From Candidatus Rokuibacteriota bacterium (GTDB lineage: Bacteria; JAUVQV01; DATDCY01), in the NCBI GenBank assembly GCA_031406795.1, contig JANOHV010000145.1:1-52949 (forward strand): DNA of 52,949 nt. The letters run 5' to 3'. The notes under the pieces are model-generated. The model was not told the DNA's origin. It saw only the letters and a program-made list of their open reading frames with translations, and ran no database searches. Of the stretch, positions 8,820 to 17,748 are shown in pieces (the stretch's first letter is position 1; every line of letters starts with the position of its first letter). Both the position numbers and the translations under genes were made by a program.

Positions 8820-10643
8820 GTGCGGGCGGGGAGGCAGGTGCAGGGCACCGCCGAAGTCCGTTATCCGGTCTACGCGCTGACCACCGACGGTCGCGCGAGC
8901 GGCGCCGGCTGGCTGCGGTACCGCGACCCGCTCGGGGTGCTGTCCGCGACGAGGATCTGCGACGTGCTGCCGCTCGTTGCCGAAGTGCGACGCCAGACGC
9001 TCGCGGGACGGGTGGCCGTCGGCTGGATCGCGTACGAGGCGTCGCCCGCGTTCGATACCGCGCTCGCGGTCCGCCGGCCCGGCCCGGTCCCGCTGGCGTG
9101 GTTCGCGTTGTTCGCGCGGGGCGAAGCCGCCGCGCCGCCCGCGATCGCGCCTGCCGCGGCGCCGTATCGTCCGGCCTGGCGGGGCGCCCCGGGCCCGGCG
9201 CTCTACCGCAGCGCGGTGGCCGGCATCCACGAGCACATCGCGGCGGGAGACACCTACCAGGTCAACTACACTTACCGGCTGCGCGCGCCGTGGTTGGGCG
9301 ACCCGCTCGCGCGCTTCGCCGCCCTTGCGCGTGCCCAGCAGTCACGGTATGCCGCCTTCATCGACGCCGGGAGGTTCGCGGTGCTTTCGGCCTCCCCCGA
9401 GTTGTGCTTTCGGCTCGAGGGCGATCTGCTGACCTGCCGCCCGATGAAAGGCACTGCGCCGCGCGGGCTGACGCTGGTCGAGGACCGCCTGCTGGCCGCC
9501 GGCCTGCGCGCCTCGGAGAAGGAGCGCGCCGAGAACGTGATGATCGTCGACATGGTGCGCAACGACCTGGGGCGGATCGCCCGGGTGGGCACGGTCCGGG
9601 TGCCCCGCCTCTGGGAGACCGAGCGCTACCCGACGCTCTGGCAGATGACCTCGACCGTCTGCGCCGAGACCGCCGCGCCGCTTGACGGGATTCTGAGCGC
9701 GCTTCTCCCGTCGGCGTCGATCACCGGCGCCCCCAAGGTGCGGACCATGCAGATCATTAAGGAGATCGAGCGGACTCCGCGCGGCATCTACACCGGGTGC
9801 GTGGGGGTCCTCGGCCCGGGGCGTCGCGGCTGGATGAACGTGGCAATCCGCACGCTCGTGGTGGATCGCAAGAAGAACCTTGCCGAGTACGGGACCGGCA
9901 GCGGCATCGTCTGGGACGCCCGCGCCGGCGCGGAGTACGACGAGTGCCGGACCAAGACGCTGGTGTTGGGGGGCCTGCCACCGCCGTTCCAACTCATCGA
10001 AACGCTGGCCTGGACGCCGGGAGCGGGCCTGCTGCTGCTCGAGCGGCATCTGCGGCGCATTGGCGATTCCGCGGAGTATTTCGGGTTTGTCTTCGACGCG
10101 GACGCAATCCGCGCGCGGCTCGCCGAGGCGACACGCGGCCTGCGCAGACCGCACCGGGTGCGGCTGCTGCTGGACGAATCGGGCGCGATCGAGGTGGCCG
10201 TCGCGCCGCTGGGCCTGCGCGCGGTGATCCTGGGCGACTCGCCACCGCCGCGCCGACTCTCCCGCGGGGTTCGTGTCGCCGTCGCCCAAAAGCCGGTCAG
10301 CCGCCGCGACGTGTTCCTCTATCACAAGAGCACGAGGCGCCAGGTCTACGAGGGGGCGCTGGCCGGTTCTCCGGGCTGCGACGATGTCATTCTCGTGAAC
10401 GAAGAGGGCGAAGTTACGGAATCGACGATGGCCAACGTCGTCGTCCGCGACAAGGATGGTTATTGGACGCCACCGGTCGAATGCGGCCTGCTCGCGGGCA
10501 CATTCCGTGGCCAGTTGTTGGAGAACGCCGCGATCCGCGAGAAACGCATGACTCCGGCCGCGCTGCGGGAGGCAAAGGAGGTCTGGTTGATCAACTCCGT
10601 GCGGGGCTGGCGCCGCTGCCGTTTCCGTGACGGCCGCCCATAA
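8820..10643 (+). CDS. pabB: Aminodeoxychorismate synthase component I fused to ADC lyase (class IV aminotransferase)
   Basis: GDTYQVN, SASPE, PMKGT, KERAENVMIVDMVRNDLG, SITGAPK; C-terminal HKSTRR, GEVTES, CGLLAGT, INSVRG. Confidence 0.9.
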   Translation: MRAGRQVQGTAEVRYPVYALTTDGRASGAGWLRYRDPLGVLSATRICDVLPLVAEVRRQTLAGRVAVGWIAYEASPAFDTALAVRRPGPVPLAWFALFARGEAAAPPAIAPAAAPYRPAWRGAPGPALYRSAVAGIHEHIAAGDTYQVNYTYRLRAPWLGDPLARFAALARAQQSRYAAFIDAGRFAVLSASPELCFRLEGDLLTCRPMKGTAPRGLTLVEDRLLAAGLRASEKERAENVMIVDMVRNDLGRIARVGTVRVPRLWETERYPTLWQMTSTVCAETAAPLDGILSALLPSASITGAPKVRTMQIIKEIERTPRGIYTGCVGVLGPGRRGWMNVAIRTLVVDRKKNLAEYGTGSGIVWDARAGAEYDECRTKTLVLGGLPPPFQLIETLAWTPGAGLLLLERHLRRIGDSAEYFGFVFDADAIRARLAEATRGLRRPHRVRLLLDESGAIEVAVAPLGLRAVILGDSPPPRRLSRGVRVAVAQKPVSRRDVFLYHKSTRRQVYEGALAGSPGCDDVILVNEEGEVTESTMANVVVRDKDGYWTPPVECGLLAGTFRGQLLENAAIREKRMTPAALREAKEVWLINSVRGWRRCRFRDGRP

Positions 10644-10912
10644 GGGCCCACCGGCTTATCCACTTCCATCATGTACCCACTACATGTGGTGTTGCCGTGC
10701 GGGGGCAGCGGCGCGGGAGAGCACGGCCAAGTCCAAAGACCGGGCAACGCGGACTTTGCAGGGGGATTACTCGCCCTGGGTAGCCTCCGAAGTGGGCTAT
10801 TTGCATCAAGTCAAAGCGCAACGGTAATGTGGATTGGCGGGCAATTCCCAATGTTGATACGTAACACAACATCTTGGGGCAACATGACTCAAGTGGATAA
10901 GCCGGAGGGCCC
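10644..10912. other. Structured non-coding segment bracketed by ~50-bp imperfect inverted repeats containing NrdR-box-like and DnaA-box-like motifs
   Basis: gggcccaccggcttatccactt...cactacatgtggtgtt versus aacacaacatcttgggg...aagtggataagccggagggccc; several internal hairpins. Confidence 0.55.
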
Positions 10913-11003
10913 ATCTGCGGCGTTGCGCTCCTTGTGGCTGCCTGCGACGGGCACCAGCCCGTCGCAGCATCCACCACGTCGCGCGCCTTGCACCTGGACC
11001 CTT
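10907..11003. repeat. Palindromic repeat family C, copy 1
   Basis: gggcccatctgc...ctggaccctt termini match the reverse complement of 41196-41244. Confidence 0.6.
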
Positions 11004-11062
11004 CTGTGCGACCTCTCCGCTTCCGTGACCAACCGTATCGGTCCCGAGTCGTCAGGGAGCAT

Positions 11063-11158
11063 GATTTTTTCGTTCCGGCAAGGCAGCGGGGAAGGGCGCG
11101 CGGAGGCGGCCTGGCGGCCGCCGCACAAGCAGCCCTCCCGCAACGCCGCCGGGGCGGA
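11063..11158. repeat. ~96-bp structured repeat family A, copy 1
   Basis: Aligns end to end with the reverse complement of 26436-26532. Confidence 0.8.
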
Positions 11159-11184
11159 AAAAGCTCTCTCTGACGACCCGGGTA

Positions 11185-12636
11185 TTAGAACCCTGCGGCG
11201 GCGGCGGACTCGACCCAGCGCAGGATCTGCGGCAGCACGCCGAGCGCCAGCATCCCGACCGTGCAGACCGCAAGAACTGCGCCCGCGCAGTTTGAAGTCC
11301 GGATCGGCGGGACCGCGGACTGCACCGGGGTCGGCTTCTCGATGTACATCCAGCGGATCACCGTCAGGTAGTAAAAAAGCGAGATCGTGGAGTTGACGGC
11401 GCCGACGAGAACGAGCCAGGCCATCCCCTTCTCGGCCGCCGCGGCGAACAGGTAGAACTTGCCGAGGAAGCCCGCCAGCGGCGGGATGCCCGAGAGCGAG
11501 AAGAGCGAGAGCATCATCACGAAGGCCAGCTTCGGGTTCGACTCCGACAGACCGATGTACTCCCGCATGTCCTCGCGCCCGGTGGCCCCGGCGACGATGG
11601 CCGCGACCCCGAAGGCCGCGAGGCAGGAGACGAGGTAGACCAGCAGGTAGAAGGCGACGGAGGCGTCGGCGCGGTAGCCGCCGGGCGCCAGGCCGATCAT
11701 CAGATAGCCGGCCTGGGCGATCGACGAGTAGGCGAGAAAGCGCTTGATGTTGGTCTGGTGCAGCGCGACCAGGTTGCCGAGCGCCATCGTCACGACCGCG
11801 AGCAGCGCGACGAGCAGGCTGACGCTGTCGGCGGAGCGGGCGAAGGCGACGCCGACGACCTTGGCGAAGAGCGCGAAGCCGGCGGCCTTGGAGGCCACCG
11901 CGAGGAAGGCGGAGACGACGACCGGGCCGCCCTCATAAACGTCCGGCGCCCAGCTGTGGAACGGGACGGCCGAGATCTTGAACCCCACACCGACCATCAC
12001 CATGATCAGGGCCGCGAGCGTCAGCGGCCCGGCCGGCAGCCGCTGTGCGATCTCCGCGATCATCGTGGTGCCGGTGAGGCCGTAGACGAAGGAGAGGCCG
12101 TAGAGCAGGAAGCCCGAGGAGAGCGCCGAGGTGAAGACGTACTTGAGGCCGGCCTCGGCGCCGCGGGGTTCGCGGGGGTGGAACGCGACCAGGGCGACCA
12201 GCGGCATCGTCACCAGTTCGAGGCCGGTGTAGAGCAGCGCCAGCTCCCGTGAGGAGACCAGCACGCACATGCCCGTGACGGAGAAGACCATCAGGCCGAG
12301 TGCCTCGCCGATGCGTCCGCGCGGGATCGACGGCTTCGGCTCGCCGCTGGGACAGGCGAGCAGCGCGGTGAGCGCGCCGGCGGCCAGGAAGAGGCGCTTG
12401 TAGAGCACGGAGAGCGGTCCCACGCCCCAGGCGCCGCCGAAAGCCTCACCCAGGGGCGAAAGCCCGAAAAAGGTGCCGGCGAAGAGGACGGCGAAGCCGA
12501 TAGCGGCGGTCATCGCCTCCGGGCGACCGTCCCGGCGCTTGGGGTTGACCATGCCGATACCAAGCACGATCGCCGCCAGCAGCGTCAGGGCGCTCTCGAG
12601 CGCGATCATCTGGAAAGCCCCGCTCATCGTCCCCAT
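11185..12636 (-). CDS. nuoN: NADH-quinone oxidoreductase subunit N
   Basis: AEAGLKY, GFKISAVPFHSWAPDVYEG, KRFLAYSSIAQAGY, GIPPLAGFLGKF. Confidence 0.95.
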   Translation of the reverse strand: MGTMSGAFQMIALESALTLLAAIVLGIGMVNPKRRDGRPEAMTAAIGFAVLFAGTFFGLSPLGEAFGGAWGVGPLSVLYKRLFLAAGALTALLACPSGEPKPSIPRGRIGEALGLMVFSVTGMCVLVSSRELALLYTGLELVTMPLVALVAFHPREPRGAEAGLKYVFTSALSSGFLLYGLSFVYGLTGTTMIAEIAQRLPAGPLTLAALIMVMVGVGFKISAVPFHSWAPDVYEGGPVVVSAFLAVASKAAGFALFAKVVGVAFARSADSVSLLVALLAVVTMALGNLVALHQTNIKRFLAYSSIAQAGYLMIGLAPGGYRADASVAFYLLVYLVSCLAAFGVAAIVAGATGREDMREYIGLSESNPKLAFVMMLSLFSLSGIPPLAGFLGKFYLFAAAAEKGMAWLVLVGAVNSTISLFYYLTVIRWMYIEKPTPVQSAVPPIRTSNCAGAVLAVCTVGMLALGVLPQILRWVESAAAAGF

Positions 12637-12643
12637 CCTCCCG

Positions 12644-14140
12644 TCACCCTGCCCCGAGCCGCGCCACGATCGGCGCGACTGAGGGGGCGATGAGCTTGAT
12701 CATCCAGCCGGGAAACATGCCGGCGAAGGCGAGGAAGAACACGAGGATCACGAGCGGCACGCGCTCGACAAACGTCGCATCCGTCAGCTCGGCGTGGTGC
12801 GGGTCCTGCAGCGGGCCGTAGAGCATCTTGGTCAGCGCCCGCAGCAGGTAGACCGCCGTCGTGACCACGCTGGAGGCCGCGAGCACCGTCATCACGCGAT
12901 GCGAGGTCGAGGCGTCGGCGAAGGCGCCGACGAAGACCTGGATCTCGGCGATGAAGCCGGCCAGCCCGGGCAGGCCGAGGCCCGCCATCCCGCCGATCAT
13001 GTAGCAGACGCCGAGGAAGGGCATGACCTTGATCAGCCCGCCCATCTCGGTGATGAAGCGGGTGTGCGTGCGCCCGTAGATCATGCCGATCAGCGCGAAG
13101 AAGAGCGCCGTCATCAGGCCGTGCGCGAACATCTGAAAGACCGCCCCCTGGAAACCGGTCTGGTTGAGTGTCGAGAGCCCGAAGATGACCAGACCGCAGT
13201 GGCTGACCGAGCTGTACGCCGTGATGTACTTCAGGTCGGTCTTCTTGCAGGCGACGAGCGCCCCGTAGAAGATGTTCACCGTCGTCAGCGCGAGGAAGAA
13301 GGTGCCCCACATCTTCGCGCCCTCGGGCATCAGCCAGATCACCTTGAGGCAGCCGTAGCCGCCGAGTTTCATCAGCACGCCGGCGTGCAGCATGGAGACC
13401 GCGGTCGGCGCCGAGGCGTGACCGTCGGGCGACCAGGTGTGGAACGGCCAGAGCCCGCCGAGCGTGCCGAACCCGAAGAACATCAGCGGGAAGACCCAGG
13501 CCTGGGTTGCCAGCGGGACGCCCTTGAGCGCGATGGTCTCCATCGCGAAGGTCGGCGAGCCGGACTGGAAGAAGAGGACCAGGATGCCGACCACGATCAG
13601 CGCCGAGCCGCCCATCAGCATCATGGTCAGCTTCATCGCGGAGTACTCCTTCGGCCCGGTCCCCCAGAGACCGATCAGCAGGTACATTGGCAGCACGGCG
13701 ATCTCGTAGAAGAGGAAGAAGAGAAAGAGGTCCTGGGAGGCAAAGACGCCGAAGACGCCGCCGACGAGCAGCAGCAGGAAGGCGAAGAACTCCTTGCCGC
13801 GGTGTTCGTGGCGCCAGGACGCCAGCACGCCGCAGAAGATGACGACCGCGGTGAGCAGGATCATCAGCACGGCGACCCCGTCCACGCCGAAGTAGAATTC
13901 GATGCCGAGCCGGTCGAGCCAGGCGTGGCGCTCGACGTGCCAGAGCGGCGGCGCCCCGGCGGGGCCGGGGGTGGCGACGCGCTCGAGGGCGTCGAAGACG
14001 AGGTAGACCGCGAGCGCGACGTCGATGCCGGCGGCGGCGAGGGCGACCTGCTTGATCGTCTTGAGCCGCTCGGCGGGCAGCAGCATGATGATGCCCACGG
14101 CGACGAAGGGCACGAGCGTGATGAGGGTCAGGATTCCCAT
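12644..14140 (-). CDS. nuoM: NADH-quinone oxidoreductase subunit M
   Basis: DLFLFFLFYE, PFHTWSPDGHASAPT, AGVLMKLGGYG, AYSSVSH, GLPGLAGFIAE. Confidence 0.95.
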   Translation of the reverse strand: MGILTLITLVPFVAVGIIMLLPAERLKTIKQVALAAAGIDVALAVYLVFDALERVATPGPAGAPPLWHVERHAWLDRLGIEFYFGVDGVAVLMILLTAVVIFCGVLASWRHEHRGKEFFAFLLLLVGGVFGVFASQDLFLFFLFYEIAVLPMYLLIGLWGTGPKEYSAMKLTMMLMGGSALIVVGILVLFFQSGSPTFAMETIALKGVPLATQAWVFPLMFFGFGTLGGLWPFHTWSPDGHASAPTAVSMLHAGVLMKLGGYGCLKVIWLMPEGAKMWGTFFLALTTVNIFYGALVACKKTDLKYITAYSSVSHCGLVIFGLSTLNQTGFQGAVFQMFAHGLMTALFFALIGMIYGRTHTRFITEMGGLIKVMPFLGVCYMIGGMAGLGLPGLAGFIAEIQVFVGAFADASTSHRVMTVLAASSVVTTAVYLLRALTKMLYGPLQDPHHAELTDATFVERVPLVILVFFLAFAGMFPGWMIKLIAPSVAPIVARLGAG

Positions 14141-14217
14141 TACGCGGGCGCCTCACCCGCAAGACTATGCAGGCTAACATTCTCTCGGACGGCGCGGATG
14201 TTGTAGTGAAATTTCAT
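14140..14217 (-). CDS. Putative 25-aa junction micro-ORF (copy A) MKFHYNIRAVRENVSLHSLAGEAPA
   Basis: Starts 8 nt after nuoL stop; TAA overlaps nuoM ATG (TAATG); similar to copies at 17181 and 24887. Confidence 0.55.
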   Translation of the reverse strand: MKFHYNIRAVRENVSLHSLAGEAPA

Positions 14218-14225
14218 AGTGTCCC

Positions 14226-16250
14226 TTAGTCCCGTGTGATCCGCTTGAGGGGTTCGGTGCGGCCGAGCAGCAGCAGCACGATCTGGCGGCCGACGGTCGC
14301 CGCGATCGCAACGTACCCGGCGACGCTGAGCGCAATGAACAGGGGTTGCCCCGCGAGGATCAGGAAGAGCATCAGCAGGCCCGCGCCGCCGGAGACCAGC
14401 AGCAGCGAGGTCTGCAGGCGGCCGCTCGCCATGCGCCGCAGATAGGCGCCGCCGAGACGGGAGGCCTGCGCCGAGAGATCCATGGCGCCGTCCACGATGC
14501 GCCGGTCGAACCAGGCGAGCGGCGCGCTCACGAAACGGAAGATGATGCGGTGCGTCACGAACAGATAGATTTCGTCGAAGTAGAATTTCGCGGCGATCGC
14601 CCGGTAGACGAAGCCGAGGCTCGCGGCGACCTTGGCCGGCGCGCCGCTCTTGCGACCGTAGAGCAGGGCGGAGAGCCCGATCCCGGCCAGGCCGGCCAGG
14701 GTCGCGGGGATCGCGATCGCGAAGTCGATACCGGCGTGCTCGACCTCGCCCCGGTAGACGAAGCTGCCGAACGGCACGAAGCCGAGCAGCACCGAGGGCA
14801 CCGCGAGGATCGCCAGGGGCACCCACATGCTCGGGGGCGACTCGTGCGCGTGGTCGAACTTGTGGTGGTCGCGGGGCTCGCCGGTGAAAGTCATGAAGTA
14901 GATCCGGAACATATAGAAGGCCGTGAGCCCGGCGACGAGCAGCGCCACCGAGAAGACCACGGGGTGCCCGCCGTGCAGCGCCGCCGCGAGGATCTCGTCC
15001 TTCGAGAAGAAACCCGAAAAACCGGGGACCCCGGCGATCGCCAGGCAGGCAATCAGGAAGGTGGCGTGCGTGATCGGCATCTTGCGGCGCAGCCCGCCCA
15101 TCTCGCGGATGTCGTTGGTGTGAACGGCGTGGATCACGCTGCCGGCGCCGAGAAAGAGCAGCGCCTTGAAGCAGGCGTGGGTCGCGAGGTGAAAGAGCGA
15201 GGCCGTGTACCCGAGCGGGGACTCCATGCGCGCGACGCCGAGGGCGAGCATCATGTAGCCGAGCTGCGAGAGCGTCGAGAACGCCAGCACGCGCTTGATG
15301 TCGAACTGCGTCACGGCGATCACCGCGGCGAACAGCGAGGTGAACGTCCCGACCACCATCACGACCGTCATGCCCTCGGGCGTGGCCGAGAAGATCGGGA
15401 ACAGCCTCGCGACCAGATAGACGCCGGCGACGACCATGGTCGCGGCGTGGATCAGCGCCGAGACCGGGGTCGGGCCCTCCATCGCGTCGGGGAGCCAGAT
15501 GTGCAGCGGGAACATCGCGCTCTTGCCGGCGGCCCCCATGTAGATCAGCACCGCCGCGAGGGTCAGGGCGCTGGTGCCCAGCAGGGTGACGCCCTCCAGC
15601 CGCGCGATGGTCGCGGGGTCGGCGAGGTGGGCGAAGTCCAGCCCGCCGGCGTAGGCCGAGAGCACGAGCACCCCGAGCAGGAAGCCCAGATCGGCGAAGC
15701 GGGTGACGATGAAGGCTTTCTTGCAGGCGGCGACCGCGCTCGGCTTGTCCCAGTAGTAGCCGATCAGCAGGAAGGAGGAGACGCCGACCAGTTCCCAGAA
15801 GACGTAGATCTGAAGGATGGAAACCGAGAGCACCAGGCCGAGCATCGAGCAGGTGAACAGATTGAGGGAGGCGAAGTAGCGGGAGTAGCCGCCTTCTCCG
15901 TGCAGATAGCCGGTGGAGTAGATGTGCACCAGCAGGCTGACCCCGGTGACGACCATGACCAGCAGCATCGAGAGGTCGTCGGCGATCACGCCGACATTGC
16001 CGGCGAAGCTCGGCGTGAAGGCCAGCCAGAGCGTCTGCCAGGGCACGAGGGTTTCGCCGGTGTGGTGCGCGAAGTAGGCGAAGGCCGCGCCCCAGCCGAC
16101 GACGGCGCTGCCGGAGACCGCCGCGATCGCCGCGCCCGAACAGACGCGCGGGCTCGTCAGCGGCCGCAGCACCAGGGCGATCAGCAGCGCGCCGAGAAAC
16201 GGCAGCAGCGGCACCAGCCAGAGGTGGTCGAGGAACCAGGATCCCGTCAT
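14226..16250 (-). CDS. nuoL: NADH-quinone oxidoreductase subunit L
   Basis: FWELVGVSSFLLIG, GKSAMFPLHIWLPDAMEGPTPVSALIHAATMV, THACFKALLFL. Confidence 0.95.
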   Translation of the reverse strand: MTGSWFLDHLWLVPLLPFLGALLIALVLRPLTSPRVCSGAAIAAVSGSAVVGWGAAFAYFAHHTGETLVPWQTLWLAFTPSFAGNVGVIADDLSMLLVMVVTGVSLLVHIYSTGYLHGEGGYSRYFASLNLFTCSMLGLVLSVSILQIYVFWELVGVSSFLLIGYYWDKPSAVAACKKAFIVTRFADLGFLLGVLVLSAYAGGLDFAHLADPATIARLEGVTLLGTSALTLAAVLIYMGAAGKSAMFPLHIWLPDAMEGPTPVSALIHAATMVVAGVYLVARLFPIFSATPEGMTVVMVVGTFTSLFAAVIAVTQFDIKRVLAFSTLSQLGYMMLALGVARMESPLGYTASLFHLATHACFKALLFLGAGSVIHAVHTNDIREMGGLRRKMPITHATFLIACLAIAGVPGFSGFFSKDEILAAALHGGHPVVFSVALLVAGLTAFYMFRIYFMTFTGEPRDHHKFDHAHESPPSMWVPLAILAVPSVLLGFVPFGSFVYRGEVEHAGIDFAIAIPATLAGLAGIGLSALLYGRKSGAPAKVAASLGFVYRAIAAKFYFDEIYLFVTHRIIFRFVSAPLAWFDRRIVDGAMDLSAQASRLGGAYLRRMASGRLQTSLLLVSGGAGLLMLFLILAGQPLFIALSVAGYVAIAATVGRQIVLLLLGRTEPLKRITRD

Positions 16251-16256
16251 CGTCGT

Positions 16257-16340
16257 CTATCCCTCGATCGCCGCGGAGAAGATCCGAAAATGCCCGGTTT
16301 CGGCATTTCGTCGAAAGTCGGACTTGTGCACGATGGTCAT
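16257..16340 (-). CDS. Putative 27-aa junction micro-ORF (divergent copy D) MTIVHKSDFRRNAETGHFRIFSAAIEG
   Basis: ATGA overlap with nuoK stop; ends 6 nt before nuoL ATG; partial similarity to copy B. Confidence 0.4.
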   Translation of the reverse strand: MTIVHKSDFRRNAETGHFRIFSAAIEG

Positions 16341-16648
16341 CCCCGCAGCGTGTCCGCGGCGCGCACGTCGAGGTTGCGCCGGTGGCGGAAGAGCGCAATG
16401 ACGATGGCCAGTGCCACGGCGGCCTCGGCCGCCGCCACCGCGATGATCAGGATCGGGAAGACCGTCCCGGCCGGGTCGCCCTCGAAGAGGAAGCGGTGGA
16501 AGGCGACGAAGTTCAGCGCCGCGGCGTTGAGAACCAGTTCGACGCACAGCAACATCGCGACCAGATTGCGCCGGGTGAGCATGCCGTAGACGCCGAAGGA
16601 GAAGATCAGCGCCGAGAGGATCAGGTAGTGTTCGAGCCCCGGGTGCAT
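16337..16648 (-). CDS. nuoK: NADH-quinone oxidoreductase subunit K
   Basis: RRNLVAMLLCVELVLNAA, AAAEAAVALA. Confidence 0.95.
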   Translation of the reverse strand: MHPGLEHYLILSALIFSFGVYGMLTRRNLVAMLLCVELVLNAAALNFVAFHRFLFEGDPAGTVFPILIIAVAAAEAAVALAIVIALFRHRRNLDVRAADTLRG

Positions 16649-17184
16649 CAGTCCTCCTCGGGCTTTTCGTAGTCGTCGCCCGGCTTGCCGGCCACGGTGA
16701 TCGCGCCGACGAGGGCCGCGACGAGTACGAGCGAGATCACCTCGAAGGGCAGCACGAAGCCTCCCGGCCCGGTGCTGAGCAGCGCATGCCCGATGACGCG
16801 GACATCGGCCGAGGCGTGCGGGGGCCGGTGCGCGCCGAAGCCCTGGGAGAGCATGGTGCCGGCGATGATCGCCAGGAGCAGTTCCGCGACGACCGACGCG
16901 AGCAGGCAGCGCGAGAGCGGGGAGCGCAGGAATTCCTTCTGGGTGACGTCCTCGACCATGAGGACGGCGAAGACGACCAGCACGACCACGCCGCCGACGT
17001 AGACGGCGACCTGGATCGACGAGAGGAACGTGGCCTCCATCAGCAGATAGAGTCCGGCGATGCCGATCAGGGCCGCGGCCAGACCGACCGCGCACCGGAA
17101 GAGGTTGCGGGCCGTCACGACGAAATACGCCGCGAACAGGGTGTAGGCCGCGAGGATCCAGAAGGCGAACGTCTCGAGCGTCAT
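16648..17184 (-). CDS. nuoJ: NADH-quinone oxidoreductase subunit J
   Basis: IQVAVYVGGVVVL, LPFEVISLVLVAALVGAI. Confidence 0.93.
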   Translation of the reverse strand: MTLETFAFWILAAYTLFAAYFVVTARNLFRCAVGLAAALIGIAGLYLLMEATFLSSIQVAVYVGGVVVLVVFAVLMVEDVTQKEFLRSPLSRCLLASVVAELLLAIIAGTMLSQGFGAHRPPHASADVRVIGHALLSTGPGGFVLPFEVISLVLVAALVGAITVAGKPGDDYEKPEED

Positions 17185-17267
17185 AGCGCGGGCGCCTCGC
17201 CCGCAAGACGGAGCACGCCTGTTCTGGCATTCTCACGGATTACGAGCATCTTGCGGAGCAGATTCAT
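17181..17267 (-). CDS. Putative 28-aa junction micro-ORF (copy B) MNLLRKMLVIRENARTGVLRLAGEAPAL
   Basis: ATGA overlap with nuoI stop and ATGA overlap with nuoJ start. Confidence 0.6.
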   Translation of the reverse strand: MNLLRKMLVIRENARTGVLRLAGEAPAL

Positions 17268-17731
17268 GGTGCCTCCGGGGCCGGCTGCGGCACGCCGTCG
17301 GGTGTGTCCAGCCGCAGGGTGAGGGTGCGCCGGTCGAGGACGGCGTTCTCGAAGTCGTTGCCCATCCGCAACGCCGAGAACTTGCAGGTGTCAACGCACA
17401 GCCCGCACAGCGTGCAGCGCTCGAAGTGGTAGTAGTAGCCGGCGAGCTTGAACTTGTTGGTCTCGGGGTCGCGCTCGCGCTTCACCGTCAGCGAGTTGTT
17501 CGGGCAGGCTTTCACGCACAGTCCGCAGGCCGTGCAGCGGTGGGCGCCGCTTTCCGGGTCGCGCAGCAGGTGGATCTTGCCGCGGAAACGCGGGGCCATC
17601 TTCAGCGTCGCCCGGTTCTCCGGGTACTGCTGGGTGATGACTTCGTCGAAGCGCACGAAGTGGCCGAACGTGATCCCCATGCCCTTGAGGAGTCCGCCCA
17701 CCGCCGTCGTCGCCCGTGCGAAAAATCCCAT
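17264..17731 (-). CDS. nuoI: NADH-quinone oxidoreductase subunit I
   Basis: TQQYPE, PRFRG, CTACGLCVKACP and CTLCGLCVDTC 2x[4Fe-4S]. Confidence 0.95.
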   Translation of the reverse strand: MGFFARATTAVGGLLKGMGITFGHFVRFDEVITQQYPENRATLKMAPRFRGKIHLLRDPESGAHRCTACGLCVKACPNNSLTVKRERDPETNKFKLAGYYYHFERCTLCGLCVDTCKFSALRMGNDFENAVLDRRTLTLRLDTPDGVPQPAPEAP

Positions 17732-17748
17732 CGTCGCCGCCCGCCGCC

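Noticed and set aside
10644-10912. oriC or retron msr-msd
   Set aside because: Only two imperfect DnaA boxes, no AT-rich unwinding element or dnaA/dnaN nearby, and no reverse transcriptase in the window
10671-11396. 241-aa ORF across the pabBC/nuoN gap
   Set aside because: Runs through palindromic repeats and antisense into nuoN; no recognisable motifs
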